Notes: generated from the letters alone by a model not told the origin. 64,000 nucleotides of DNA from Macrostomum hystrix (GCA_950097015.1 CATNEN010000039.1:20274001-20338000); one strand, 5' to 3'. Shown: positions 38,812 to 52,796, numbered from the stretch's first letter. Translations and numbers: made by a program.

Positions 38812-40969
38812 TCAGTCTTTCTTGACTTCCGATTTTTTGACAGGAAATGTGACAAGAATATAATAGCGAACGATTAGACAGGCTACGGCGGAACTGACAC
38901 CCATCAGATTTGGCAGCTGAAATGTTAAATTTGGTTAGAAGTTTCTTAGTTAGTTTTTACAACGCTTGCAATTCAGGCTACTTGAAGTAGCGAGATGTGA
39001 CATTATTTGTGAAATAGTGAAAATGGATGGAGTTAAGGAAATAATCAATTAATAAGAGATTGCTGTACACCAGGGGTAGGCGAACTACAAATCCGGCCCG
39101 TTGCCCCTTCCAACACCTATAGTATCCTGTCGCATCTCTCCTCGGTCTCATCTCTCCACTATGTCATTTCTTCTCTACTGGCCGTCTTATTTTTTTGTCT
39201 CATCTCCCCCCTGTCTTATCTCTACCCTCTCTAATATATTCTATGTATCATCTCTCTCCTGATGTATCTCTTCTGTCTCATCTCGTCTCTGCCTTATCTC
39301 TTCTGTCTCATCTCGTCTCTGTCTAATCACTCCCGTGTCATACCTTCCCTGTCTTATCTCTCCTCTATCTCATCTCCACCTGTCTTATCTCTCCCATTTC
39401 TCGTATTTCTACAGTCAATGCGGCCCGCTTTCGTATTATTGGTTTTCTCTGTTGCCCGCACGCAAATAAGTTGGCCGACCCCTGTGCGTGTGAACACAGC
39501 AATTCAGAGGCTCATCTAGGGCCTAATTACTCACCACAATATTAAAGTCGCCAATGGCCTGACCGTACAAGCTCCACAAACCGCTGCAAAAAGTACCAGC
39601 TATCAGTATTGGTAAATGAGTTCCGCTAGCATCTTTTGTAGTTAGCATGCGACCAATGTCCAGCAGAGGTAGCAACATGAACACGGTGTTAACTAGGCTG
39701 CAACTGGCTCCCAGATGTCGAACAAAAGCATCACCAGACAGATAGTACAGGTGATAATACAGCGCAGTGAAGTAGGAGAGTAGGGCTGTGAATTTGTAGC
39801 TGAAGTTGCTCTGTGGGGTTTAAGACGATATAAATTATTTACTGGTACTTGAATTCAGTGAAGAATCAGCGGATGTGAAACTCAGATACCCTGAAGAAAC
39901 AGCGGATGTGAAACTCAGATACCCTGAAGAATCAGCGGATGGTAAACTCAGATACCATGAAGAATCAGCGGATATGAAACTCAGATACCCTGAAGAATCA
40001 GCGTATATGAAACTCAGACACCCCTGAAGAATCAGCGGATGGTAAACTCAGATACCATGAAGAATCAGCGGATATGAAACTCAGACACCCCTGAAGAATC
40101 AGCGGATGGTAAACTCAGATACCCTGAAGAATCAGCGGATATGAAACTCAGACACCCCTGAAGAATCAGCGGATGGTAAACTCAGATACCCTGAAGAATC
40201 AGCGTATATGAAACTCAGATACCCCTGAAGAAACAGCGGATGGTTAACTCAGATACCCTGAAGAATCAGCGTATATGAATCTCAAATACCCCTGAAGAAA
40301 CAGCGGATGAAAAACTCAGATACCCTGAAGAATCAGCGGATGAAAAACTCAGATACCCTAAAACTCAGCGACTCACCCACTCAGTGCTGTAGATCAAATA
40401 AAGAGCAACATAAGCCAAATTCAAGGTCAGCCCAAGGCCATTTAGTGCCACCAAGTTGAAATTTCCAATCAGTGAGCCATAGTGAAGCCATCCTATGCCG
40501 CTGAAGTTGAAGTGATCAAGTTTTAACTAGCAGGATATTTTATAGTATTTTACAAATTTTTATTTCTTCAAAACTTACTTGGCAATTGAAAACAGAAAGA
40601 ATAGTACAGGTGCATTCGATGCATCCTTGGTCTTGTAGACATGGTAGCTTGATGGCCTGAAATTGTATTTTTTATATTTTTTTATTAATAAAAATGACAC
40701 ACCATTCTATATTTTAATCAATTTTGAAGCATGGCATTAAACACTAAAGACAATTAATTGCAGTTTATGAATAGTGTGTTACTTTAACTTGATTTGTGTT
40801 AAAAGTATTGAGAAAGAGATAAAAATTGCCATAAAGACTAGTGGATTTAATTAATTTTCAAACAAAGAATAAAAAAACCAAGTGACAAGACAAATACTTA
40901 CACTCCTGATAGAATCATGAAGATGGTGGCAAAAAATGTTGCCCATTGAAGAATAGGAAGCAGGTCCAT
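38812..40969 (-). CDS. SLC50A1: SWEET1/SLC50A1 sugar transporter (MtN3/saliva), about 216 aa; absent from the ORF track
   Basis: Exons 40969-40902, 40656-40579, 40500-40377, 39810-39535 and 38916-38812 (651 nt, phases consistent). Motifs GWLHYG, VALNGLG, MLLPLLDI, TKDA (twice), LWSLYG and LPNLMG. Confidence 0.92.
39071..39484 (+). mobile_element. hAT-Charlie-type MITE, second copy with a shorter degenerate internal array
   Basis: CAGGGGTAGGCGAAC...GTTGGCCGACCCCTG; shares CTACAGTCAATGCGGCCCGC with 31015-31965. Confidence 0.8.
39859..40370. repeat. 33-34-bp minisatellite filling SWEET intron 3
   Basis: About 15 copies of TGAAGAATCAGCGGATATGAAACTCAGATACCC. Confidence 0.92.
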
Positions 40970-41379
40970 TGTGAAACACCCTGAAAATTGTTAATATGAG
41001 TTGCTTACAACGACCTAAGGAATATGCACTTATTTTTGCAGATGTATTTTATGTTTTATTAGCTGTATACTTATTTTCTTTTTCGATGCTCTGGACAGAG
41101 AAGTCAGAAGTGTGAAAAACAATGAAACTCTAGTTTTATAAATTATATTAGTAACTTTTCCTTCATCGGGCGCCCTAAAAATGGTGGGAAAACTCGATGA
41201 ACAGTAAATTAACATAATTTATTTAAACGCCTGTCACTGATAAAAAAAACATTTGACAGATTTTTGAATCAAGTAAAAATGTCAATTAGTTTTAAGTTTA
41301 TGACTAAAATTAGAACAAGGGGCAAGGGGTAGAGTTACACCAAATCAAGACCAGCAGCAGAATTGGTTGCACAGCATTG

Positions 41380-41700
41380 CCATAGACTGACAACTTTTTG
41401 ACAAAGTCGCCTGTCAGTTTGCAGCACTTAGTCCATTGGTGAAAAGCCCATTGCTCTGGCATTTGCATTAGCTCAACACCAACTTTTATGCAGCAGAACC
41501 CACCTGTCAGCAAATGGGGCACCGATTTTGCAATCAGTTTCAATATGCCAAGATCCACTGACAAAATCGAATGAATTGAAGTTTTTGGACTATGAATCGG
41601 TGTCTTTGTTAATCTAGAGATTGGAAAACCATGGTTGGCTGTGTCATCAGCAATGTCTGTTTGCCCATGACTGAACTCTTCAAGCCAGTGATACACAGCT
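41380..41700 (-). pseudogene. Mariner transposase relic, internally deleted
   Basis: YHWLEEFSHG.TDIADD (HTH end), LGILKLIAKSVPHLLT (WVPHxL-like) and the C-terminal WTKCCKLTGDFVK. Confidence 0.65.
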
Positions 41701-44700
41701 CTCTTATATAAGAAATATCTAATGAATATTTCCTCTGCTTTATTCTATTCTGGTACTCACGCTTCTCTGCTTGTCTCTTCCATTTTTTCTGCTTCTGTTT
41801 TCTTTTGTTGCAAAATTTTAGTCAAAGGACAAACTTGGGTTGGGGCCTTGAGTTGGTGCCATAGTGAGGATCATGTAGTGATTTGCATTTTCAAAAGTGG
41901 TGTGCAGCGGCGTGCAAATATGTAAGTGGAGTGCATTTGGCATGCAAAATGCACACTACATAATGCTAATGCATTGCAATGCAGCAAAAAATATGTATTA
42001 TATTTTTTAAAAATTTATTGTATATAAACAGTACAAATTATAGCTTTTTAATTGTTGATAAATAAATGCATTATTGAGAAATACACATTTTTTTGAATAT
42101 AAAATTTATAGTTTACTTCTTTTGTTGAGCTTTGTTTTTCTGTTTTGTTTTGTTGCAATTTAAAAAACATTTCAATTTTCAATTTTTCATTTTGACTTAA
42201 TTATGTTAACCTAATTAGCCAGTGTAAAGGTAAAAGTGAGATTAAGACAAGTTACCCGTGGTTAGTAGTCCTGGTTTGGTTTTCACAGTTGGCATGCATT
42301 TGCTTGCCATTGGCGTGCTTTTGTGGATTAGTTTTGGGTCATTTCTCACATGCACTTTACATGATCTGCACTATGGACTTGGTGTAACATTACCCCTTAT
42401 CCCTTGTTCTCATTTTAGTCATAACTTTCATACTAATTGATATTTTTATTTGATTCAAAAAGCTTTAGAACAGTCAAATGTTTATTTATCAGTGACAAAA
42501 GTTCAAAATTTTGTTTTTACTAATTAGCATGTTCATTAAGTTTTCCCACAATTTTGTGACACCCCTAGTAAACTCCACTATTCTTACAACCTTTAAAACT
42601 AAGTAAATGTTAGAGGCTTGAAAACATTTCACAATAGAAAAATTTAATGAGCTCTAAACAGTAGCAGTTTATTCTTATATATTTTCTTAATTTAGGCCTA
42701 TTCTTAATATCTTGAGATAGTAAATAAGTCAAAGAAATTTAAATGGTTTGTTTTACTATATATAGGCCCTACATTATAGGGTAATATATTTCTAAATGTT
42801 TAAATTTCAAACAAATAAAGTTTCTTGTTTGTTGAAAAAAAATTTTAATAGACTATTGCTGTATTGGCATTGTATTTTGATAATGGGCATAACATTTTTT
42901 ATGTATTGCTTAAATTCATAGTTTATTAATTAGTTAAGTAATCTGCAAATTTGTTGGTAATAACATTATGTAGGCCTATTGTTAATGTTATATTTAATTA
43001 TAGGGCCTATAACATGTGGAGTTAGCCTATCTACTGTACTAGTATGCCTAGCAAACAAAGCTAGCAACAAACAAATCTTACCCTAATGGAGCAAATTTAA
43101 AAAAGCTGCAGACACTCCTGCTAGGCGCACAGGTGCGCAGTTGTTTTCAAGAAAAAGAGCACAAATCCGCAATTGCTATATATCTTCAGTCTGACTCAAT
43201 GTAGTAATTGATTTCACGAAAAAATGTCAAAAGACCTTTTTTTGATCTCCGTAGTGTATTCTATAATTAGAACAGCTAAGGTTGTCTTTTTGCACTCGGG
43301 GCACTGCGGAGCATGTATTTGTGTAGGGGCACAAGGGCGCACTGTTTGTTATACATCTACATACTTATGACAACTTTACACTCACAAGGCACCGCCGCAC
43401 AGACAGGAATTTCTTTCTGCGCAGGCAATTTTTCACAAACACGCCAGACGCTGTCTGCATAAACCCCTATTGGCTCCAATTGGGCAAATCTTAATCTGAC
43501 ACTAAATCATATGAAGACTTTGACTTTTAATAACAGTACTTTACAGTTAACAACACTACTTACAACAAGATCAACTTAGTACTAGGTTTCCATTAAAGTA
43601 GCTAGGCCTACTTTGAATTAAAATGCCCTATATAAACATAGTTAAAATCAGCATAAATCAGCCTATAGGCCTACTTAGGTTTAGAACTGATTCTATCCAA
43701 TGTACACATGTCACTATCTTGGCTATAGCTGCAAATTAGCAACATTGTCTACTTTCTTGATAAAGTTTTGATATTTTCTATTCTACATTCTTGATATTCT
43801 AGCCTAGGCCTAGTGATTGAATAAAGCAAACTAGGTGAGTTGAGATTGGCTTCTCTGCTGCTATAGCTAAAATTGTTGGAAATAAATGCGCTAAGCTACT
43901 TTTAGGGTTTTCTATAGGCCTATTGTAATATATAGCCGCCTAATACAAATTACCATTGGCATTGGAGTGGTTGCAAAATAATGCCTTCACTTTTAAAAGT
44001 GAGATAAAAGGTTAAGTAAATAAGACTCTAGTAAATTTTGACCTGATTCATAATTTAGGAAATCAGATTACTGAACTGACTAGATAGGCCCCTAGCTACT
44101 GTTGATGATGTTTCACTAGGCCTATAAACTATCACAGCTCAATTGACACATACATATGGACAAACCATTGACTATAGGGTAATGTATCATCAACCAAACA
44201 GTGTATCTTCAAAACCGAACAAGAATTTTGACTCCTTCCTTGGTCTCGTGCAAGACAGAAACAAGCTATTGTGTTTCACAGAACAACTAATTTGAAAGTT
44301 GAAGAAATTATCTACAAGCTGAGGCATGATGTGCAATGAAGCATTAAGAGGAAAGAAAGATATTGATGTTTCAGTAGAAATTAATTTTGCAAAAGCATAC
44401 TTTTTAACAACATTTTTCAGTAGGCCTATGTACTTTAGACAAAGATTGTGTGGTTGCTTGCCAATTAAATGACCATAAATGTAGTTATTTATAGAGTATG
44501 AAAAATGCTTTCAAATGAAATAATTCAAGATAGTTCACTCCTTAAAATAAGATTAAACCACTCACTCAAATTGTAAAACCAAACATAAAATTCTCTGTTT
44601 GGTTTGAAGATACATGAAAATCATTGTTCGGTTTTAGCTAAAAAACAGGAATAACTTTTTTCTATCTGACAAAATAGCAAAAGGAGATACTTTTTAGAAA

Positions 44701-45280
44701 GGTGTAACTGTTTTCTATAACTTGGCTTTTGATTTATCATCATATCTTAAATAGAAAATCTGTAGCTTAGGTTTGAAGTTAAAAAAATACACATTCTTGT
44801 TTGGTTGATGATACATTAGGCCTACCCTATTTACTTTGTGACATAGGAATAGCATAGCAGATCAATAACAGTACATGTGACCAAGTGGAAAAGGGATTGC
44901 ATAAATAAATATAAAAACTAAATAGGGCCTATGGGTCAGCTACAAACTAAACTAAAGTTATAGTTAAATATTTTGTTCCTAATTGCTAATTACAATCACT
45001 TTTAATGCTTGACTCGATGTTAAAAAATTCACCTTTAAATTTAAAACGCAATCGACTGATTACGACGCTGCGCTTGATAAAGCAATAAAATAATTGCGTT
45101 TAAATTGGACCGAATATCAGACTACACAGAAAAAAGCATGCGTACGAAAATTGTTTTTATTTGAGGAAGTTTATCCGAGGAAACGTGGCACAAATATTTG
45201 TCTCTTCACTTTCTTTGAAATAAAACTGACGTAAAGCTTAACGGCTTTATTGATCTACGAGTACATTCAGCACTAGTTAA

Positions 45281-45652
45281 TAATAATAATAATAATAATT
45301 GCAGGAGGACTGCAGGCAACGACACATAGTTTGGTGACACTAGACCCGCAGCCAGCGAGGAGGCAATTCTGCCCATTTCGCTGACTCCTGAGCACACACG
45401 CACACAGATACCGTACGCAGGCATACGCTCACACAGGTGTGTACATCTGCCCTGACTTTCTCATCGTCAGGCAGCTAGTGTACACTCGAACTGTGCCTTG
45501 GAGGTTGGCCCTCAAGGGCGCAAATTGCACGACAAGCCCCCAAGCCTTCTCTCCGCGGCTGCGCCCCAAATAAATGTGGCCTCGCCGTGGAATCGAACTT
45601 AGGGACTGTGGTGCGAGTGGCAAACGCGTTAACCGCTCTGCCACCGACCCCC
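45281..45652 (-). mobile_element. Full-length tRNA-derived SINE family 1
   Basis: A-box TGGCAGAGCGG, B-box GTTCGATTCC, (TTA)n tail; 13-bp TSD CAGCACT(A/G)GTTAA at 45268-45280 and 45653-45665. Confidence 0.9.
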
Positions 45653-47485
45653 CAGCACTGGTTAAAGCTGAGTTAAAATAAAATAGCTCAACGAAGGCAG
45701 AGTACAATGGCCAAGTAGTGACCCTTGACGAAACGAGGCTTCCGCTCTAAATAGAGAATGTACTTTTGGCTCACTACCAAGGTCCATATGGAAAAATATG
45801 GGGAATTCTATGGAAGGTATTCTTTATAGGGAGTAGAATTAACGGTCAGCAAGAGAGAGGACATATGTCGGTGGATGTCAGGCGCTGTGCTGCCTGTGCT
45901 TAGTGGCTGTCATGAGCCGAAGCCGGTTCGCGGTTGTCAAAGTCGGGTCGGCGACGATGCCGATGGACGAACCGAGAACGGACGTGAAACGGAACGAAGC
46001 GAACACGAAATCGTAGCGGGACGGTTGTAACGGTTGTAACGAATCGGTTGTAACGAAAACGTCTGTTTGAACTGTGCGCCGCACTAATCGCTTAAATAGA
46101 GCCCTGAGTCACGCGCTCAAGCCGTGATCTTGTGATCAGCCCAATCTTACCGAGATGTTGGACAGCTAGATTACGTGCCTCGCCTGCCGATCGGTGTTTG
46201 GTCGGGAAGGGATTGGAGAGTGGGTGCGGGCCCGGGAAAAGGGATCGATGATTTATTAACTGGGAGTGGGGTGGGTGCGCGATTACGTTACAATGATTTA
46301 TGACAAGGAAAACAAATAAGGGAGGGAGGTGGGTGTGCGATCTAAAAAGATTAATGATTTATTATGGCTAATTAATTGTAACAATGGGAAAGGGAGGAGG
46401 GATGGGGGCGCTTGACAGTTGGAAGAGTAATTAATCATGCAAAAAGGAGGGAGATACGCGCATTTTGAAAACAAAAAGACAGAAAAATGATGATTTACGA
46501 CCGAGAAGGGAATTTTGACAGCTCAAGGTCACAGCTAGACGATGAGTACGTCATCGAGGCCAGGTAAAGGGAAGGGAGGGGAAGGGACGCAGGAAAACTA
46601 TCCTAAAAAAGTATATAGTCCTAAAAAAACTATCCTTAATATACCCCTTAAAGTCGCTGTTACATCATGATCGAGAGGAGGTTTTGACATCTCAAGGTCA
46701 TGCAAAGTCTTCGGTGAAGAGGATTGGGAGGGTACATTGGAAGGGTAAGGAGATGAGCCAGAAAAATTGAAACGCCCCCCTATAAAATTATCTGCAAAAA
46801 AAGACGGGCACGAATTTCTTGAGTATCGTAATAATACTATAGTATATTAGCACTTATATATTATAGCACTTATATATAAGTGCGTTAAAACAAATTTAGC
46901 GCCAGTTTAAAATTGTGTGCATTTCAAATTATCCGAAAATTAAACTTCAATATCAAATGGGGTTGGATTTTCAAGCTCATAGAGATTTTTTCAGGGCCTG
47001 CCAATTTGCCAAATAAGCGGATTGTCGTCATCGCATTCGGAAACATTAGGACCACAAAGACCTCCACGCATGATCTCCTTGCACAAAGAATTAGCAAGAC
47101 ATACGTAAGTCTTGTTTGTGGTGCTTCATTAAATGCTTTGGTGGCTTCCATCTTTGCTGAGTAAATTTAATTATTGGGATATGGACAAGATCCTAATCGC
47201 AAGAAAGCTTTTTTGTAGCACAGAAAAACAGCCTGGCTGTATATAAATAAACTGCTGTGTGCTTAGAATTACTGATCATGTGCAATGAGTTACTTTCTTG
47301 TTTCATCATGCTTCTGATAAAGATCAGAATCGACTGCCGACTGAGACAGGAGATATCGCGATTTTCTTGGCATGCATGATGAACTTGATAAAAGTTCTGT
47401 AATTCTGTACGCAGACTTCTTCATCAAACTATAGATCTGCGTCGAGAACTCGCGGTACAAAGCACCTGCAGAGGAAGCTGCTATA

Positions 47486-47509
47486 TCCCAACTATACTAA
47501 ATCTCTAAA

Positions 47510-47543
<34 letters not shown>

Positions 47544-50181
47544 GGAATTTCGATACACAGGCTAAATGCCTCAACCAAATTTGATCGCGTTTTTTGCTAA
47601 ACATGCCAAATTTTACTGACATGAGACCTTGAAAATTTCGTTAGTCTGCTTCAATGCTAACAATATTAAATATTCGAAAAACGAGTTTTCCTTTTGCTTT
47701 CAATAGGAGGACAAACAAGGTTAAATTGGAATAGGGCCGGACACTGTCAGTTTTATTAGATTGCATCGGTGCTTTTTCTCGCCCGCGCGTGCATTGGTAT
47801 AGCACTGAACAGGGCCCGATACTCTCAATTGAATAGGATTGCGTCACTGCTTTTCGACCCCTACGTACGTTTATAAATTTGTCTCTTGGCTGATCGAGTG
47901 ATTTGATTTGAATACGCAAAACGTACATAGCAGATTTCATGATTGGGCTTTTATGATGCTCAATGCTAGCGAGACCTCTCCTCCTCCTTTCTATCCATAA
48001 AACTGCAGCCTTTCTATTGTCAAACCTTGTCTCGACTTCGATCATTGTGCCGCTTTCTTTTCATCTAGCTCCGAAGTAAAGTACTTTAATGCTTTTGTAG
48101 AATGCAGGTAGAATTTCAGCATCGGTTTTGTTATTTGTTACTGCTTCTTTTTCTTCTAATCTTCTAAACATCAGCAGTTAAAAACGTAAGTTCCTATTTA
48201 TTAGTACTTTTTGGGCATTTTTGGTTCGAGTATAAATAGTAAGCGATTTTGGTTAGCTACTGTCGAAGCAGATATTTGTTAGCTTTATTATTCCTGTACT
48301 CCCTTTCAGAAAATAGTATAAGTTTTTTCGAGTATCGGGAATTCGATAATAAAACTAAGGAAATATTTTTGTGCATAGCTGCAGGCGATATCACAATTGA
48401 GAACTGCAAGAAAAAAATATTGAGCGCAGCTAAGAGCGTAAATTATTTCAAATTTTTTTAGCATTGTTTTAAGCGTTATTCGATCAAAAAAAATAGCTTA
48501 TTTAATAATAATAATTATAAAACTTTATTCGACGAACACTGATCGAAACCGTTTTCTAAAGTGCTCAACGATTTTCTAAATGTGTCCAACGATTTTCTAA
48601 ATGTGTTTAACAGTTTTCTAAATGTATCTACCGTGCCACATGTAACAGGAGATGTAACAGGAGATATTTGTTGCCTTCTGGGCTGAGTAAAATGATGGAC
48701 ACATCGTTTCTATGCTATTTGGGGGCAATGGTTTCCTGTCAAAGAAAAAGGGCAAACATTTCTTGCTGCGAGTTTGGTAGCCTGCAAGTAGCCTCCATTC
48801 TGGTATTATGGAGGTTTTCTTCTGTTTGGAGAACATTAGTTCTCTGCTGCTGGGGGAATTAGTTCTCTGCTGCTGGGGGAATTAGTTCTCTGCTGCTGGG
48901 GGAATTAGTTCTCTGCTGCTGGGGGAATTAGTTCTCTGCTGCTGGGGGAATTAGTTCTCTGCTGCTGGGGGAATTAGTTCTCTGCTGCTGGGGGAATTAG
49001 TTCTCTGCTGCTCGGGAAATTAGTTCTCTGCTGCTGGGGAAATTAGTTCTCTGCTGCTGGAGGGGAAATTAGTTCTCTGCTGCTGGGGAAATTAGTTCTC
49101 ATGGCAAAACCAGCGTTTGAATCATGGCTAAACCAGAGTCTGAATCATGGCAGAGTCTGAATCAAGGCTAAACCAGAGTTTGAATCATGGCTAAACCAGA
49201 GTCTGAATCATGGCAGAGTCTGAATCAAGGCTAAACCAGAGTCTGAATCATGGCTAAACCAGAGTCTGAATCATGGCTAAATTTAAGTTTGAATCATGGC
49301 AAAACCAGAGTTTGAATCATGGCTAAACAAGAGTTTGAATCATGGCCAACCAGAGTCTGAATCATGGCAAAACCAGAGTTTGAATCATGGCAAAATCAGA
49401 GTTTGAATCATGGCAAAACCAGAGTTTGAATCATAGCTAAACCAGAACTGGGGGATAATCGTCAACTGTGGGATAATTGTAAACTGGGGAATCATCATCA
49501 AATGGGGGATCATGGTCAACTGGGGATCATTGTCAAATGGGGATCATCATCATTTGGGAGTCATCATCAAATGGGGGATCATGTTCAACTGGGAGATCAT
49601 TGTCAACTGGGTGATCATCATCAACTGGGGGATCATTGTCAACTAGGGGGTAACATTGTCAACTGGGGATCATCATCAATGGGGGATCATAGTCAACTGG
49701 GAGATAATTGTCAACTGGGGGATCATCATCAACTGGGGGATCATTGTAACCTGGGGATCAATGTCAACTGGGGCATCAATGTCAACTGGGGGATCATTGT
49801 CAACTGGGTGATCATCATCAACTGGGGGATCATCATCATCTGGGGGATCATTGTTAACTGGGGGATCATTCTCAACTGGGGGATCATTGTCAACTGGGGG
49901 ATGATTCTCAACTGGGGGATCATCATCAACTGGGGGATCATCATCAACTGGGGGATCATTGTGAACTGGGGGATCTTTGTCAACTGGGGGATCATTGTCA
50001 ACTGGGGGTTCATTGTCAACTGGGGGTTCATTGTCAACTGGGGGATCATTGTCAACTGGTTGATCATTGTCAACTGGGGGATCATTGTAGCTTTAAAAAG
50101 CTGTAAATTCAGCTGCTAAAATGTATATATTAGACGAATTAAAAATATTTCTGCTCCCCAAAGGGGGGCAAAACTTGCTAG
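47486..50181 (+). mobile_element. Non-autonomous Helitron-like element, copy A
   Basis: 5' A|TCCCAACTATACTAAA followed by (TCTG)n; 3' hairpin CTCCCCAAAGGGGGG then CTAG. Internal 23-bp (48835-49100), 23-bp (49100-49445) and 18-bp (49447-50088) arrays. Confidence 0.75.
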
Positions 50182-50767
50182 TCCACTATACTAAAAATGA
50201 AATGGTTGGTTGCTTGGTTGCTTGTAATTGATTTTCTCCCGAACGGCTCAACCGATTTTCACCATTTCTTCACCAAAAGATGCCAAATATAGGGACAATT
50301 ATACACGTATTTTTATTAAGCTTAACTTTATTGCTAAGGGGATTAAATATTCGAAAAACATGATTTTTTTAAAGGTCAAACCATCTTGGCCTATTGAGAA
50401 TTTCACTGACAGCCACTGAATTAGAATTGCATCGTCAAATTGCGCAACAACCCCTAGCTGATTGAATTTAAAGCCTGCACTCTGGAGACAAATTTGAAAT
50501 AAATGTACACAACCAACCGCGAGACTGAGTGTACTCTATTTTCTCACTTTGTTGTACAAAGCCAGAACTTTGAGAATTCATTTTATAAGGCAGATTTTTG
50601 CACCCACTAACCAACAGTCGGAATAGCCGATGTGTAGGCACTAGGAATAGGTTAGGCTAGGCTAGGGTTCGATTCTGCACTGCGTCAAATCATTTAGACT
50701 AATTTTCAGCCAGTAGTGATTGAAGATTATTTTAATTTATTTTTTCATTTCGTAAATAAAATATCAT

Positions 50768-52780
50768 AAATCATAGCAAACCTGAATTTGAATCATGGCA
50801 AAAATAGAGCTTGAATCATGGCTAAACCAGCGTCTGAATCATGGCTAAACCAGAGTCTGAATCATGGCTAAACCAGAGTCTGAATCATGGCTAAACCAGC
50901 GTCTGAATCATGGCTAAACCAGAGTTTGAATCATGGCTAAACTGGAGTCTGAATCATGGCTAAACCAGAGTCTGAATCATGGCTAAACCAGAGTCTGAAT
51001 CATGGCTAAACCAGAGTCTGAATCATGGCTAAACCAGAGTCTGAATCATGGATAAACCAGAGTCTGAATCATGGCTAAACCAGCGTCTGAATCATGGCTA
51101 AACCAGAGTTTGAATCATGGCTAAACCAGAGTTTGAATCATGGCTTAACCAGAGTTTGAATCATGGCTAAACCAGAGTCTGAATCATGGCTTAACCAGAA
51201 TTTAAATCATGGCTAAACCAGAGTCTGAATCATGGCTTAACCAGAGTCTGAATCATGGCTAAACCAGAGTTTGAATCATGGCTTAACCAGAGTTTGAATC
51301 ATGGCTAAACCAGAGTCTGAATCATGGCTAAAATAGAGTCTGAATCATGGCTAAACCAGAGTCTGAATCATGGCTAAACCAGAGTCTGAATCATGGCTAA
51401 ACTAGAGTCTGAATCATGGCTAAACCAGAGTCTGAATCATGGCTAAACCAGAGTCTGAATCATGGCTAAACTAGAGTCTGAATCATGGCTAAACCAGCGT
51501 CTGAATCATGGCTAAACCAGAGTTTGAATCATGGCTAAACCAGAGTTTGAATCATGGCTTAACCAGAGTTTGAATCATGGCTAAACCAGAGTCTGAATCA
51601 TGGCTTAACCAGAATTTAAATCATGGCTAAACCAGAGTCTGAATCATGGCTTAACCAGAGTCTGAATCATGGCTAAACCAGAGTTTGAATCATGGCTTAA
51701 CCAGAGTTTGAATCATGGCTAAACCAGAGTCTGAATCATGGCTAAAATAGAGTCTGAATCATGGCTAAACCAGAGTCTGAATCATGGCTAAACCAGAGTC
51801 TGAATCATGGCTAAACTAGAGTCTGAATCATGGCTAAACCAGAGTCTGAATCATGGCTAAACTAGAGTCTGAATCATGGCTAAACCAGCGTCTGAATCAT
51901 GGCTAAACCAGAGTTTGAATCATGGCTAAACCAGAGTTTGAATCATGGCTTAACCAGAGTTTGAATCATGGCTAAACCAGAGTCTGAATCATGGCTAAAC
52001 CAGAATTTAAATCATGGCTAAACCAGAGTCTGAATCATGGCTTAAACAGAGTCTGAATCATGGCTAAACCAGAGTCTGAATCATGGCTAAACTGGAGTCT
52101 GAATCATGGCTAAACCATAGTCTGAATCATGGCTAAAATAGAGTCTGAATCATGGCTAAACCAGAGTCTGAATCATGGCTAAACCAGAGTCTGAATCATG
52201 GCTAAACTAGAGTCTGAATCATGGCTAAACCAGCGTCTGAATCATGGCTAAACCAGAGCTTGAATCATGGCTAAACCAGAGTTTCAATCATGGCTAAACC
52301 AGCGTCTGAATCATGGCTAAACCAGCGTCTGAATCATGGCTAAACCAGCGTCTGAATCATGGCTAAACCATAGTCTGAATCATGGCTAAAATAGAGTCTG
52401 AATCATGGCTAAACCAGAGTCTGAATCATGGCTAAACTAGAGTCTGAATCATGGCTAAACCAGAGTCTGAATCATGACTAAACTAGAGTCTGAATCATGG
52501 CTAAACCAGAGTCTGAATCATGGCTAAACTAGAGTCTGAATCATGGCTAAACCAGCGTCTGAATCATGGCTAAACCAGAGTTTGAATCATGGCTAAACCA
52601 GAGTCTGAATCATGGCTAAACCAGCGTCTGAATCATGGCTAAACCAGCGTCTGAATCATGGCTAAACCAGAGTTTGAATCATAGCCAACCAGAGTCTGAA
52701 TCATGGCAAAACGAGAGTTTGAATCATAGCCCACCAGGGTTTAAAACATGGCGAAACCTGAGTTTGAATCTTGGCTAACC
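50768..52780. repeat. 23-bp minisatellite (TGAATCATGGCTAAACCAGAGTC) with a 414-bp higher-order unit
   Basis: Tandem periodicity. The variant TTAACCAGAATTTAAA occurs at 51191 and 51605. Confidence 0.96.
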
Positions 52781-52796
52781 TGTTTGAAAAATCAAC

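Noticed and set aside
39859-40370. Tandem hammerhead ribozyme (CUGAAGA...GAAAC in each unit)
   Set aside because: No GUH is available to close stem III, there is no stem I partner, and the motif is antisense to the host gene.
45447-45474. Hammerhead-like CUGACGA..GAAA in SINE family 1
   Set aside because: There is no stem II; the segment folds as a simple hairpin.
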